Source: Phoronis australis (taxonomy: Eukaryota; Animalia; Phoronida). From it: a stretch of DNA of 64,000 bases. The translations under genes and the position numbers were made by a program. Where the stretch lies: assembly GCA_002633005.1 (NCBI GenBank), contig NMRA01000022.1, forward strand, positions 1,356,518-1,420,517, given 5' to 3'. Each line of letters begins with the position of its first letter. Positions within the stretch are counted from its first letter, which is position 1. Below the pieces are notes generated by a model. That model worked only from the letters and a program-made list of their open reading frames with translations, was not told the origin of the DNA and made no database searches. Shown one piece after another: positions 13,706 through 26,513 of the stretch.

Positions 13706-14390
13706 CTGCAAGTGGCCAATTCAAATCATTGTCAGTACTAAAATGTCGTACACACATGTACATATATGAAGTTTAGGAGACTGAAAGTGAATCCATCTCA
13801 CTCCTGAACCATACTTTAATGGAAACAATGCTTAACAGCATCTGTACCGTTTTTATCTATAAACAGAGTCAAGGGCAACATGACAGCAATTTAAGTAACA
13901 ATTCTAAAATCAGCCTCGTGAAATTGTCCGACAGAAATTATCCGACAAGCAGCAATTGACACATTTGTCACAGAAAGAAATTTCAATGGGAGAATAAGTC
14001 TTGCAAAATGACCACTGCAACAATATAAGATATCAACCATTCAACTGATTGTAGTACTTAGCGCACCTTACGGCTATTAAACTAAATCTAAAATCCTGTG
14101 AGAATTTTTAGGTTTATCAGCATCTACATCATTTTATTTGGTGTTAAGGAAAGTTGAGAACGATGTGAATAACAATTCTAAAATCAGACTGATGATATTT
14201 TCTGACAAACGGGAATCGACGCATGTGTCTCAGTGAGAATAGCTTTTGCTAAATGAACACTCCAACAAATGATAGTTGTTGTAGTTAGCACTTCTTATTT
14301 TACCATATTCTAGATATAACCTACAATGCTTAGTTTGACTCTTTTATTCCCAGTACTTGGTTTGTGAACTTGGTCAGTTTGAACACTTAC

Positions 14391-14555
14391 CAACAGGGGG
14401 TGCTAGTGTCATATACTTAGGAGGCATTCCTATTTCATGGAATTTGATTTTCTCCCTCAGTTTCGCTTTGCCGCTGTTGTCTACAACATACTCCTCAATA
14501 TACCCAGGTGAGAACGGGTCCACAGAGATGTTCTTTTCACTAACATTTTGAAGAC
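14391..14555 (-). CDS. ASNS: ASNS exon (LQNVSEKNISVDPFSPG...LAPPV)
   Basis: tttcag / GTAAGT; phase 1-1. Confidence 0.9.
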
Positions 14556-14858
14556 CTGAAATACACAATCAGTTAATCATACAATGTACTACAACCCAAA
14601 ACCGATCACAAAATCTGTTTCCCATGTTGGCAGCTACTGAGCAGTTGACTTGTCATTCCAACAGATCTGACAGAATTTCACAAGTGCTCAGCCGACGGAA
14701 AATTCCAGGACAACTTGTTTGATTATTTTTCATGTGCAGGTCATCTTGTACGACAGCACTTTAGCCTTAGACCAGTTGACAAGGAAGCTAGGCATTCTTC
14801 ATATTGGCGCTGAACATGGATCATACATGTAACATTTTGGCACCGATAGTATAATCAC

Positions 14859-15096
14859 CTTTAGCCTCAGAGCAGATGGCTAGGAATCCATCCTGTGTAT
14901 AAGCCCTGAACATGGGTCGTACACCATACGTGTCACGACCTAGAAACACCTTCCTCTCCGCAGTATCCAGAATACAGAAAGCGAACACACCATCCAGGTG
15001 TTGGGCAGCGAACTCAATCCCGCCATGGTTGTACAGATGCAGAATGGCCTCGCCATCACACGCAGTCTCGTATGGGAAGTCGAATTTCTTTTGAAC
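14859..15096 (-). CDS. ASNS: ASNS exon (VQKKFDF...[11 protein letters not shown]...CSEAK)
   Basis: aaag / GTGATT; RDxxGVRP and SEAK motifs. Confidence 0.93.
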
Positions 15097-15262
15097 CTTT
15101 TAAAGAAGAACAAATTGTAAGGTGCTAGTACTATCCCACACTTTTCTTTACTAGATAAATGCCTACCTTCATAAATCTTGGAATAGGATCTGAGTACATG
15201 AATGTTGCACCCTTTCAAGATATGATTACCACTGACAGAACTAGCCCATTAAGTCAGTTTTT

Positions 15263-16142
15263 AAGGACTAGTCAATATGTAAGGACAAGTCAATATTAAA
15301 ATTCCAACCAATATGCAAGGACTTTTCAATATGTAAGGACTAGTCAATAATCAATCAAGGGCTATAGTCAATATGTCAGGACTATCCAATATGCAAGGAT
15401 TACCCAGTATGCAACTGCAGTGATCTCCTAGACATGTAACACGGTGATGCGCCACCTTTGAAATGTTTTACGCCATGTGTGGAACTCATGAGCAGTGTTT
15501 GAAAAGCCCTGAGCCATGTTTGAAATCTGAAGCCATGTTTGCAAAGGCAGCCAAATGAGAGATACAAGATAAATGAAATGTACTAGTGTTGCATAGTGGT
15601 ACTTATTTTGATCATTTTGAATTGAAAATGATAGCTACATGCCAAGCATGTGAAAATAATGTGTAACAAATTGTTGTTTTTCTGAATTAACATAATGGAA
15701 TTTAGGATACAAAAACATGATGCTGAATTTGTACTATATATATATGAATTTTTACTATGCAAAAACCAGTCAATATGCATGGACTGGTCAATATTCAAGA
15801 ACGAGTCAGTAATATTCAAGGGCTAGCCAATATTCAAGAACTAACTCAATATTCAAGGACTAGTCAATATAAAAGGACTAAATATACAAGGACTAGCAAA
15901 TATACAAGGACTAGCCAATTCAAGGACTAGCCAATATACAAGAACTAGTCAATATTCAAGGACTAGTCAATATTGAAGTACTAGCCCTATTCAAGAGCCA
16001 GTCGATATTCAAAAACTAGCCAATATTCAAGAACTAGTCAATATGAAAGGACTAGTCAATAGCAAGGACTATATACAAGGACTAGCCAACATTCAGGGAC
16101 TAGCCAACAGGCAAGAACTAGTCAATATTCAATGACTAGACA
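15263..16142. repeat. Degenerate ~18-bp minisatellite (AAGGACTAGTCAATATTC-like) in two blocks, ~15263-15410 and ~15765-16142
   Basis: Repeated aaggactagtcaat / aagaactagccaat units read directly. Confidence 0.85.
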
Positions 16143-16302
16143 ACACTAATTCATTCGCACATGCTGGGGCACAGTCACCATGTCTAGCCACTTCCAGGTG
16201 AAAACTGCTGTGATAGCTGATTATAATTCTCCCTTTAAATAAAGTCAGACAGAATGAAAAGTTAGTTTTTTGACAGCTGGTTTAGCATTAAAAATCACAT
16301 AC

Positions 16303-16387
16303 CACTTTGTAGTTGTAGATTTCACCGTTGTAGATCAGCCAAAGATGAGGAAATATGTGAATTCTCATTGGTTGCATGCCATAGATG
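16303..16387 (-). CDS. ASNS: ASNS exon (IYGMQPMR...[10 protein letters not shown])
   Basis: ttttcag / GTATGT; NGEIYN motif. Confidence 0.93.
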
Positions 16388-17018
16388 CTGAAAATGTTCA
16401 GAAACATAATAACAAAATGACCAGCATAACTAAGGGCCAAAACCCAGTAAGGGGTCTGTCAATAACCTGGCAGTTTCAAATTGATCTTTGTAAATTATAA
16501 TAGACAGGTAGGCAAAAGTGAATTTCAAAATCATATCCAAAATGACATTTTGGAACATCTTTGTTGAGGGCAAATGGTGTTTTCCATGCAAGAACGTGTG
16601 GCTAAGCCTCTAGCATTAATTTGTGAATCAATTAGGATGGATTAGTCAGTCTGACATAGGCTCGCTTAGACTTTGGGGTAACAAAACCCCAAATGTTAGC
16701 ATAGGTGTTGTCTCATGTTGGCACCGTGAAAAAGAGACAATAGCAACTGTATAGCTATGACTGGTCAGAGGGTCTGATCCATAGGAACTGGATTTGAACT
16801 CGCGGCATTGTACTGGTATGTATGTTTTAGGACACTATGTATATCTACTAAAGTACTGAAGAGTAAGTATGTAGCACGACATGAGCATTCAATATAAATG
16901 TTGAGAATTCTGACTGGAAGGAATTACATGTAATATCTGTACGTGTGGGCATCAACCTGGATGAGTGCAGTGCTTAATATAACATCACATGCTGAAAATT
17001 AGACACAATGCTACTAAC

Positions 17019-17185
17019 TTGTCGATGATAGCCAGCCTATGGAATCCTAGGGCACAGCTTGGCCCTATGGGGTTGACGTTTTCTATACGGAAAGCGTCCG
17101 GCCCTCGGTGCGCAATCTTCCACATACAGCTGCATTGCTTAGAGATGCACTCCTCACTTCCAAACACAGCCCAGATGCCACACAT
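17019..17185 (-). CDS. ASNS: ASNS coding exon 1 (MCGIWAVFG...HRGPD...LAIID)
   Basis: Acceptor 5 nt upstream of the ATG (exon starts 17190); donor AA|GTTAGT. Confidence 0.93.
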
Positions 17186-18676
17186 CTTCTCTGAAATGAC
17201 AGTGCATAGATTGTGTACGTAGTGGTCTGCAGTTCTCGCCCTCAATCCCTCACTTTTGGAATCCAATATCGGCCCCATTTTTCCACTGAAAAATATTGAA
17301 AACCAAACGAAATCCCTCTCAAAATGACTAAAAATTCCCCTCAAGTGATTGAAAAATTACCCTCGAGGTTCGAATCACTTGTAACTCACATTAAGGTGAA
17401 AATTTGAAAGAGCACAAAATGTTAGTTTTGGTTACTTGAGGCAGAGCCTATGAGAGCTTGCAGCAGTGTGGGTGTGCTATTGATGGTGATCGGGAGGCAG
17501 AAATTTTCCCTCACCCCGAAATATTCCCTTCCCAGAAGGCACATGCAACTTTCCTCTCAGATGAACGAGGGCCCTGATGTAGACGGCATTACATTAATAT
17601 AGGTAACTGAATGGTTCTGGCATTACATAAATGAGGAACAAGATGAGTTTTAGAATAAATATCACTCGAGGGTGAAGCCCTAGAAACCATCTCGCTTGAA
17701 CCTATTCCTCAATTTTCTGTGATATATTACACTTGCCCTGTTAGAAACTTTCAGTTCCTTCATGTTGATGCTTAAATGGAACCACTAAGATGACATCATA
17801 GGTCATCAGGTCAATACTAATGACAACAAAATATAGGTATATTTGTCGTCTGCTCTGTCAAAATGGCTTACAAATTCAGTGAAGAAAGTTTGCCAAGATT
17901 TGATGTTGTTTTAACGGAGGAGCCAGACAAAAGATCCGGTTCTTAGATGAATTTTGAAGACGTTGAGGAAATAGTGCAGTCGAAGAAAGTAAAAACACAT
18001 CAGCAAAACAAAATATGTCATGACCTTCGAAACGTACATGTAGCTCTCAGCAACCTGACCATTTAATGTTGAAATTTGACAGTGGTTTATCATTGATATC
18101 AGAATTGTTGTTCATTCAGCTAGAATGCATTCTGGTTTTTGAAGTTTGATTGTTTTGCATACATCTATTAATAAATGTTTCAAAGTTCCTTTACGTAGAG
18201 TAATATTAGACTCAAGGAATATTTCTCAGACATTGAGTATCCTTGCACACAATTTGTTACATTTTTCAACTCTGCTTGAAGTGCGCTAAGCAATTATATC
18301 GTCCTGAATGCCGGCCAACCGAGGGGCTATGTGTTGCCTAGGAGCGTGCATGCCGTCGCATAGTGATGCGCTTGCAAATTCTGAGACCCAAGTTAAAATC
18401 CGTCACAAGCCCATGACAGCATTCTGTCTTTCAGCAAATTTTCCAGATGTGAGGGGTTCCAAACGTGCCATAACATCTGGCTCATTTGTTAACTGCCCAG
18501 CACCATCGTTTCTCCTGTATGACAACAAGCAGGCCAATTATCTCCCAGGCTTCAAAGGGTTACTGAAACCTGGCAGAATGGATTGTCTTAACTTCTGTTG
18601 TAGTTGGGCGATTTTGGTGATTCAAAAACTAAACATGATCAGCATTTGACAAGGAATTCAGAAATGCTATTGGTTT

Positions 18677-18911
18677 ATGTTCAAATATGTTATAACTTAA
18701 CTTTCATTTTTAGCAGCACAGCCCAGTCAGGCTATAGGATCTGATCCCAGATTAGAGCAATTATCAAACAAAAGAAAGCTGGCCCTCCAACCATAACTGC
18801 CAGAATGAAGTTAATCACTCATGTAAGATATTGGCTACAGGGGTAAACTTCCCAACTTGTTGTTGGGCTATAGAATCGAACAAGTTGGGAGCAAGGGGAA
18901 AAAGCCGTAAT
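18677..18911 (+). repeat. Dispersed ~235-bp repeat, copy 1 (copy 2 at 37240-37474)
   Basis: Shared atgttcaaatatgttataacttaacttt...gtaagatattggctacagggg...gccgtaat. Confidence 0.85.
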
Positions 18912-20506
18912 CATAACTAATGCAAGTTTCAAATTTCCCACCAAATCCATATGTCACTCCATGACATAACTAAAATGGTTACTAATGTACCCTTGTGTAG
19001 TGTAATGTACCTTCAACCTTTGGGCTACAAAATATTGCCCACAAGTATTTTTTACATACTGCTGTTCTCATGAACAATACTGATATTTTCAAAATGAATC
19101 CAGTCTGACAAAAAACAATGGACAATATCAAATTTGTGGGCAATAAAATGCCACACAGGACTTGGCTAGTAACATCCTAGAAGACACGTCAAGTGATGTT
19201 ACAGAGGCAGGTTCTCTCTCTATCTCTCAAGAGAACTTGCAACAAACCAACAAGTAGTGGCAGCACAAAACTCGAGACCATCCCATACATTTGTAACTTA
19301 GTAAAAAATCTGACGTTGATTGACTATGCGTAGTGTATGTACCCCCCAACCAGTACCATTTTTACTGTTTAAGAGTGGAACACTGGGCCTAGCATTGCTT
19401 CAACTATTTTGACCAACTGTTGAATGTATTGAAAACTAGGCAAATAGCACCAATAAAGTTTTTGAAAAAGTAGTTACTTGTCATTTCCTTTTTGTAAGAA
19501 TCATATTGCAAGAGAAGAAGTTCTCATTATACTGTGTTAAGATATGCAATGTATCATCATCTAGAACAGCACGGTAATAACTTTTCTTATTTTAGTATGT
19601 GATACTTCTTCAGTTTGATCAAGAACTTTCTGTTAAATTAACAGCCATCTTTTGAATGGTAGAAGTGGGCTGTGACCACAAGTTGTAGTGTACGTATATA
19701 CCCTTTTATATGTAACTGTGATGCATTAGGCCATAAAATTTTAGATTACAAACCTGGAATGATGATATTTCAAAATAAGTCCGCCTTTACAGTTATATGA
19801 CAACCTTCATTTTTCACCAAAAGTGGCCACCGAATATGGACCTTGATAGTGATTTGCCCACAAATGATGTCTAGAGAAATCATAGTAAGTGAGGGGTAAT
19901 AGTTGTTTTAGCATATGCGGCTATAGTTTGTGATTATAGCATCCATTCACTAGTTGTAGTAGAGATAGAGGCTGTAGTGAAGACTGAAGCGAGTGAGAAG
20001 TGAACAGTTGTTCCATGTGTCAAGCTGGAAAGCGGTCAACAGAGCGTTCAGGAGATGTATATGGAGACCCGCCGAGAGGCTGAAGCCCGAAGTAGACAAG
20101 TCCTCTGGCTCTTATATCTGGTGGGGTATCGCAGAGCTTGTAGATACCACATGCAGTCTCCGAGCGCACCTCGAATACAGTCTTCATTCTGACTGGGCAG
20201 ACTAGATAGCAGATGCCACAGATATTTTGATGTTTCTGCGTCTTCAGTAGGCTGGCTATGTAACCACTTATTTACAGGCGGGTTACGTGTCTAGCTACAC
20301 ATGCGTCCTCAGCTCCTGATCGTCCACAATACACTATATACCGAATATACTGCAAGTAGTATAGTAGTATACATACCGGTATAGCTGTATTGGGGATGAT
20401 CAGAAGCTAAGGACGCCAGTGTCTAGACAATGACAATCGCCTCTGGTCGGGCCAACAGAGGCGATGGTCATTGCCTAGCCAGTGTCTAGCTATAGCTGGT
20501 GGTTAC

Positions 20507-20700
20507 CTGAAGCCAACACAAACTTTACGACACGCTTCGATTCCTTGCTGCATTTTGACGCTATCCTCCGTTCACCTGTCTTGCTGGCTAAGGCAGGAGT
20601 GACCCGGTGCTGGTGTCCGCTCTCGGGACGGGGAAACCAAGCGTGGCCATTTCGCGTACAGGCATAAACACAACAGCACCAATGACCAAGAGTCAAGACG
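20507..20700 (-). other. ASNS: Probable non-coding first exon of ASNS (5' boundary approximate)
   Basis: The ATG exon starts at an acceptor, so an upstream exon is needed. This GC-richer island has a CAG|GTAACC donor at 20507/20506 (a second, CAG|GTGAAC, near 20575) and adjoins the promoter motifs. Inferred; no transcript data. Confidence 0.5.
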
Positions 20701-20736
20701 AGGGCACTAGTCGGACGTAGCGGTCAACACTGCAAA

Positions 20737-20823
20737 TGATGAAACGTTTCCTCACCCTGACAATGAACGCACACAATCGCCGGTAGGTGTCGGGCATTCC
20801 TATGACGTCACTGTGCGTGTAAC
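20737..20823. promoter_or_regulatory. Putative ASNS promoter: C/EBP-ATF composite (AARE/NSRE-1-like) site, CRE and GTTACA
   Basis: TGATGAAAC 20737-20745, abutting inverted near-copy GTTTCCTCA 20746-20754, TGACGTCA 20803-20810, GTTACA on - strand 20818-20823. Confidence 0.55.
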
Positions 20824-23800
20824 CGACTGGCAACCAAGTCGGAAAAAGAACTCGAACTTTAAAGTCAATTAATTAAACATGGGATGAAGGTATGGGAAAA
20901 TCAACGCCACAGATGAACTTCTATACGCCTAGTGAACACGTGGATACTAAAATCATGATTGTAGATTAAAAAGTAAAGAAGTTATGGTGGTTGAAAGTGG
21001 GACCGCTACGTCCGACTAGTGCCGNNNNNNNNNNNNNNNNNNNNNNNNNNNNNNNNNNNNNNNNNNNNNNNNNNNNNNNNNNNNNNNNNNNNNNNNNNNN
21101 NNNNNNNNNNNNNNNNNNNNNNNNNNNNNNNNNNNNNNNNNNNNNNNNNNNNNNNNNNNNNNNNNNNNNNNNNNNNNNNNNNNNNNNNNNNNNNNNNNNN
21201 NNNNNNNNNNNNNNNCACACACACACACATACTGCCACATTCTGATGGCACATGAGTAGGCCCCCACTGAGTACTGTCGTTCTCTGGAAAAATCAGCGTT
21301 TCACGAAATTATGGCCGTGCAAATGTAAGCCCATGTGATATGAGGCGTCAGTGAAATATAGGCCGGTTGAAACAAAACTTTGACGATGTGTGCAGATGGA
21401 CGTCCCTTTGTACAGGCGCATACTTTGCTCAAAGGCACACTTCGCGACATGGTTTCAGTGACACCTCATTTCCTGGACTATTGCACAGCTAAATTTTACT
21501 GCGAATGCGAATTTAACGGGGGGAACAGGTATTTCCCATTCAGTGACTAACCGTTTCAAAAGCAGTGTTACTAGTGTTTTCAGTGGAAATGATACGGACT
21601 AAAACATCATTAACTGAACCAAATTCTAATAATGAATGAGAGAGGAGCAGAGAAAAGTTTGATTGCCTTAAAACCGCTGTAAAACCAAGGAAAATGTCAA
21701 CCGAATTTTAATTGAAAAAACAAGTGCTTAGAACTAATTTACAAACTAACGGGCTTAAATACGCACGTGTGCAGGCACGGTTGTAATCCCGCGGTTACTC
21801 AAAGTGAAAAGTAGGGATGGCGAATTTATCGGTCAAATTATTTTATCAAAGCGGCTACAAACTCGCGCTCCATCAAAGAAGCAAACGTTTTGGTATAGAC
21901 CATTTAGCGCAATGTAGTTGGTGTAAACTAGCTCCTAAGTTCAGCCCAAATTCCATACAGGCACCCAATCAAACCGGATTACATTCGGCACCAGACAATC
22001 CGGCGTATGAACCGTGTAGCCTTCGTGACGTTACCTAGCTGGAACCGTCCGGAATGGTTCTTGCCGGGGCTCGGAGCGGCGTACGCCGTGACTTCTGAAC
22101 CCTTAGCCAAAACAAACTCAGTTCTTTCCGTCGAACCTGTGGATTAGCCTTCCAAATTAACGTGAATGATAAGCAGATTGGTACTATAAATGGTTTAAAT
22201 CCAGAAGTTGTTTTTTGTGATTGCAAGACGTGTTTAAACTGAGTTAAAGACTGCCTTAAACGCAATTCCAATATCAAAGCAGGTTCTGCAATTTCATAGG
22301 CTCTCAAACCAGTGATTCAAATACCGTTTTCATTTCAACCAAACGATGACAGGTAACTCCAAGCGTTGCACCTTAATTTGCAAACACATGGTCGATAGTC
22401 TCTTGGGCCCAGGGGTTGTTTCTGTCGAGTTACGCGAGTCATGAAATAAAGTTTTGTAGCTTTCGAGTAGAGTTTCGAGTAAATACATAATTCACCGGAC
22501 GTTAAACATTATTCCTCGAGTGATATTTTCAACTTCAACTATTTTTGCAAATACATCAAGCCTTCTTATGTTTCTTATCTCATCTTCGATTGAGCACTGA
22601 GAGACACTTTGTATGCATATGAAGTAACTTGTTCATTGACTCAGCAATGTGCTTCATCATAATCCATACGTGTTAAAGTTCAAAGGCTTTAGTCAAACTT
22701 TAAAAAGAATCTTTGTCCTTTTATCAGCAAACTTTCCTCGCTATTTCTGTTTTTCACCATTTTTGATTAGTTATGAATCATTTATAAAAGTCAATATTTT
22801 AACAGTTTTCTCTGTTTTGAATTTTTAACAAACAGGTTTATTTTAATCGACAAAATAAATGTTCACAAAAATAGGCTGTTAAAACCCACGGTTTTTTAGA
22901 TGCATGATTCGATTAAAATTTCCGAGATTTTTATTAGTGAATGCCAGGCCGACAATCAGGTTAAGGGGAGAGGGATTTTTGAAACCGCATCAAAGATCAT
23001 GACCATGTCGATGTATCACATAGATGTACATGTAAAAATCGATTTAATTCTTATTTCAAACTGTCTCGTTCGCCAGAATGGACGCTATCAACTCTCTGAT
23101 TATTCAGGTATTCAGTGAGACTCAAAACTGTCTCTGCGAAGTATCTCATAATCAGAAAAAACTCCCGTTTGGTTTGAATTCCAGGCGACAACGGTTTCTA
23201 AATCGAGAATAGATCCAGGTAGTCGAAAGTTAATGAAGTTGAACGATTTTAGTCAAAGCTTCAGAAATCTCTTTGATGTTTTGTTAGTAAATTTGTCTTT
23301 TTTGCCGTTTTTTATCACTTTTGATTGGGTTTGAATTGTTTGGAATAAACAAGATTTTACGAGTTTTCAGTGTTGAATTTTTCAGCAAAGAGGTTCATTT
23401 TCGAAACACCAAAATAAACAATGTACTTTCACAAATGTTGGTGGTTATAAGATTACGGTTGTTCTTGGAATACCGATCAAATTCTCCGAGATTATTGTTA
23501 GAAAATGCAAGACCGACACGCGGGTTTGGGGATTTTTTGTACTCGGATGAAAGATCATAATTCATTTCTATGTAGCACATAAAAATAATCGATTTCAATT
23601 GACTTTAAATTTAAAATACCTGATTCCCCAAACTCGAGGCCAAGAACTTTAAATTGGACGCTATCATCTTCAAATATCTGGACATTCAGCTCTGAAGTGA
23701 TCCATTAAACTGTTTTATCGATTAATTTCATCATTAAAAAAACTCCTGTTTGGTTTCAACAACTGATGACGGCGGTTTCTAAATCGACAATAGATCCAGA

Positions 23801-25902
23801 TAAAATGTTTAATTTTTAATAACCACACATATGTCAATTACAGCAGCTTGCTGTTAGCCATACGTGTGCATAGCATCAGCGAGAACCTTTTTGGCAAATT
23901 GATTGAGTTCCTCCAAAATAAACTGAACTCCTGTCATTCATTGATATCTACCGAATTGGTTGATTTTATGATTGTGTCTTTTTAATCTTAAATCTATTTG
24001 TGCGTGTTGATGCACTATTTTATTTTATAGTGCGTAAGGTTACGTCATACTACGCGTGTCAATTGGTTAAAGCTTCTTATATAACCGACGTTCCGCTCCT
24101 ATCTGACCTTCTTGACATGAACCGCTATACTGGTAACGCGTACAACGCTAACGATGTTTTTATAGAGCCTAGAGCCTATATCATTGTAAGTTTATACTAT
24201 TTTTTCGCATATTACCGTAGAATTCACTGGCTGTTTCTCGTATTGTGTAAGACTGTTTAATTAGTCCATGCTGTATTACATGGAATATCTTTATGGTAAT
24301 GTAACGGGAACGCTGTATTTCCCTAGACTTATTATTCGTTATATTTGTTTCAGTGAAACCGGCCTTGTCGGACAGTAAGCATAACGTCAACCTTGTTCAG
24401 AATAAACGTATCATATCCGACTACCCCGTGTGTTGAATGCCCATGGCTCCTACAGTGAGAGTTGATAAAATTGTATACATGCAAAATATTAAGTATGAAA
24501 ATGATTTATTTACATGCGTAATTATATGTCATTGTAATCTTACCATGAGTTCTTATTAATTTTTGTATTAGTGTATAATAATTGTATATTAATTTTTTGT
24601 ATTTATTTAACCCTGATACAATGCCTCTTGGAGCTTTCTGTGATTGTATATTTATTCTACTGAATATTTCACAATAAACACCAAAAAAGATTGCATTATC
24701 CCCATGAAAAACATTGTTGCAGTAACCCTATTTCGTGAACATCAAGTATGTAATTCCGTAAACAGGTAATAACTGAGTCTAATTAATAGGACTAGACTAG
24801 TATTGCAGCACGAAACTAAACCGCTCCAACGGTAACGAATTACCGAATCGGTCTGCCACTTCTCTTCTTACGTACCTTTATCAATTTTACGCAGAAAACA
24901 TGCGTCAAATATCTATTCTCAAGCAAAATGACAGCTGAATTGGATAATAATAACAGGCAAACCCATAACCATGGGTATGTCAAATTTATCACAGACGTAA
25001 ATTCCTTTATTCAAAATAGGTAACTGTTTTGAAAGACACTTTTTGTTCACGGTTCCATTACTTGCCCAATTTTTTCTCTTTTGCCCTACTAAATCGGGGG
25101 ATGAGTTGTATGTGACAGGGGGTCGAAATCGAGACCAAAATTAGGACGTTGTAAAATGTCGTTTGTATGCCAAATTTTCCTGTTTGCGAAATCCACACTC
25201 CCCCAAGCACCATTAGCAACAGACTAAAATCGGAAATCGAAAATTAAAAACTCCCAAATGTTCATGGAGTATACGTAAGTGTTCATGACAGCTTAATTCT
25301 GAACATAAATGACCTGAACAGAAAATACAAGGTATTGTTTCAAAAATGATGCCTAAGGAATTTTTGCGATACCCAGTGAAAACTTGTGCTCTGAGCAAAC
25401 GTTACATGACTACAAATATTAGGTGCATTTTAAAAAAGAAACCAATGTGAGGCTGTGACGCTATTTATTACAGTTTATGAGACAAAATTTGGGAATAACT
25501 TAATAAAAAGTCCTCCCTAACTAGTGTTCAATAATATCGACCGATGCATTCTTCTACAACATTACATTTTTGCTGTAGCAGAAGTAATTTGTTATTTTAC
25601 TTAAACATATATAATTTTTTGTGTGAAATCTTAAGCCTCGGGATTTTGACGAATATTTCAAGAGGTTTTGCCCATGTCATAAATCTGAGACTCGTGTATG
25701 ATTTTCTATGTCTCTATCAGCAAGTTATCAGGTAATGACTATACGCAGTAATATGCATATTACGTTTCACGAAAACGGACGAATTTCGTATCGAATGAGC
25801 GTGGTTCTAACCGCATCGTCGTCATTCATTAGTGCTTTCTTCTTAACGATGATACCCCACGGGACTCTCGCGGCCCAATGGCGAGACATACTTCAATGAA
25901 CA

Positions 25903-26513
25903 TCAAATCCTCTGTATTTTAACAACTGAACTTTTCAAAAGTACATGTACATGTTTTCCTGAATTGTAATATTTCATGCATTTGCTGCTATTGTTTTGCC
26001 AACAATTACCGCAAGTGGGATAATGACTATTCAAGGCTACACGTGCACACGCTTTAAACCACCATCCACCAGATCTATCTTCTGCGCAATTTTTATTTTC
26101 ATGTTCGTCATTATCATGGTCAATTGTCGAAAAATGAGCTCCGTTGAGTTGGTCCATCGAAGTTCCAGGATCTGAAACACTATTAGCAGATAAGTATAAT
26201 TTGTATTTCTTTTTCTCATTGGCAGTTGAGAATGAACTATGTTCACGTGTTACACTCTTGCCATTCCATTTGGTCATTATGTATTGAATTTTGTACTGAG
26301 CCTGCTGGGTTACATAGTGAATGTTGTCATTGCCGAGCCACATCTCTCCTCCGACGTCACCAAAACCATTCTTATAGTCATTCCAGTTCCTATTGAAATC
26401 GACGCTTCCGTTGATTCTTCGCTGGATAACCATCCACCCTTCATCGCAGACCACGGTAAAAGATTTGTGACTGTTAAATGGTCTGATGCGCAGAATGCCA
26501 GTATAGTGAATGC
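25903..26513 (-). CDS. Duplicate (probably allelic) copy of the fibrinogen C-terminal domain exon
   Basis: Same acceptor and ORF as 27727-28337; two amino-acid differences (RRING/RRIDG, SMDQ/SMNQ). Confidence 0.7.

Larger units (their letters stand above)
6966..17185 (-). other. ASNS: Gene span: glutamine-hydrolysing asparagine synthetase, complete CDS of 552 aa
   Basis: join(17185-17019,16387-16303,15096-14859,14555-14391,13705-13610,13309-13179,10121-9995,8571-8364,8188-7951,7169-6966) = 1659 nt, open. Motifs MCGIW (Ntn Cys), HRGPD, NGEIYNY, SGGLDSS, SGEGSDE, RVPFLD. Confidence 0.96.

Noticed and set aside
20966-21267. ORFs of 78-95 aa in the ORF track
   Set aside because: They run through the N gap; artefacts.
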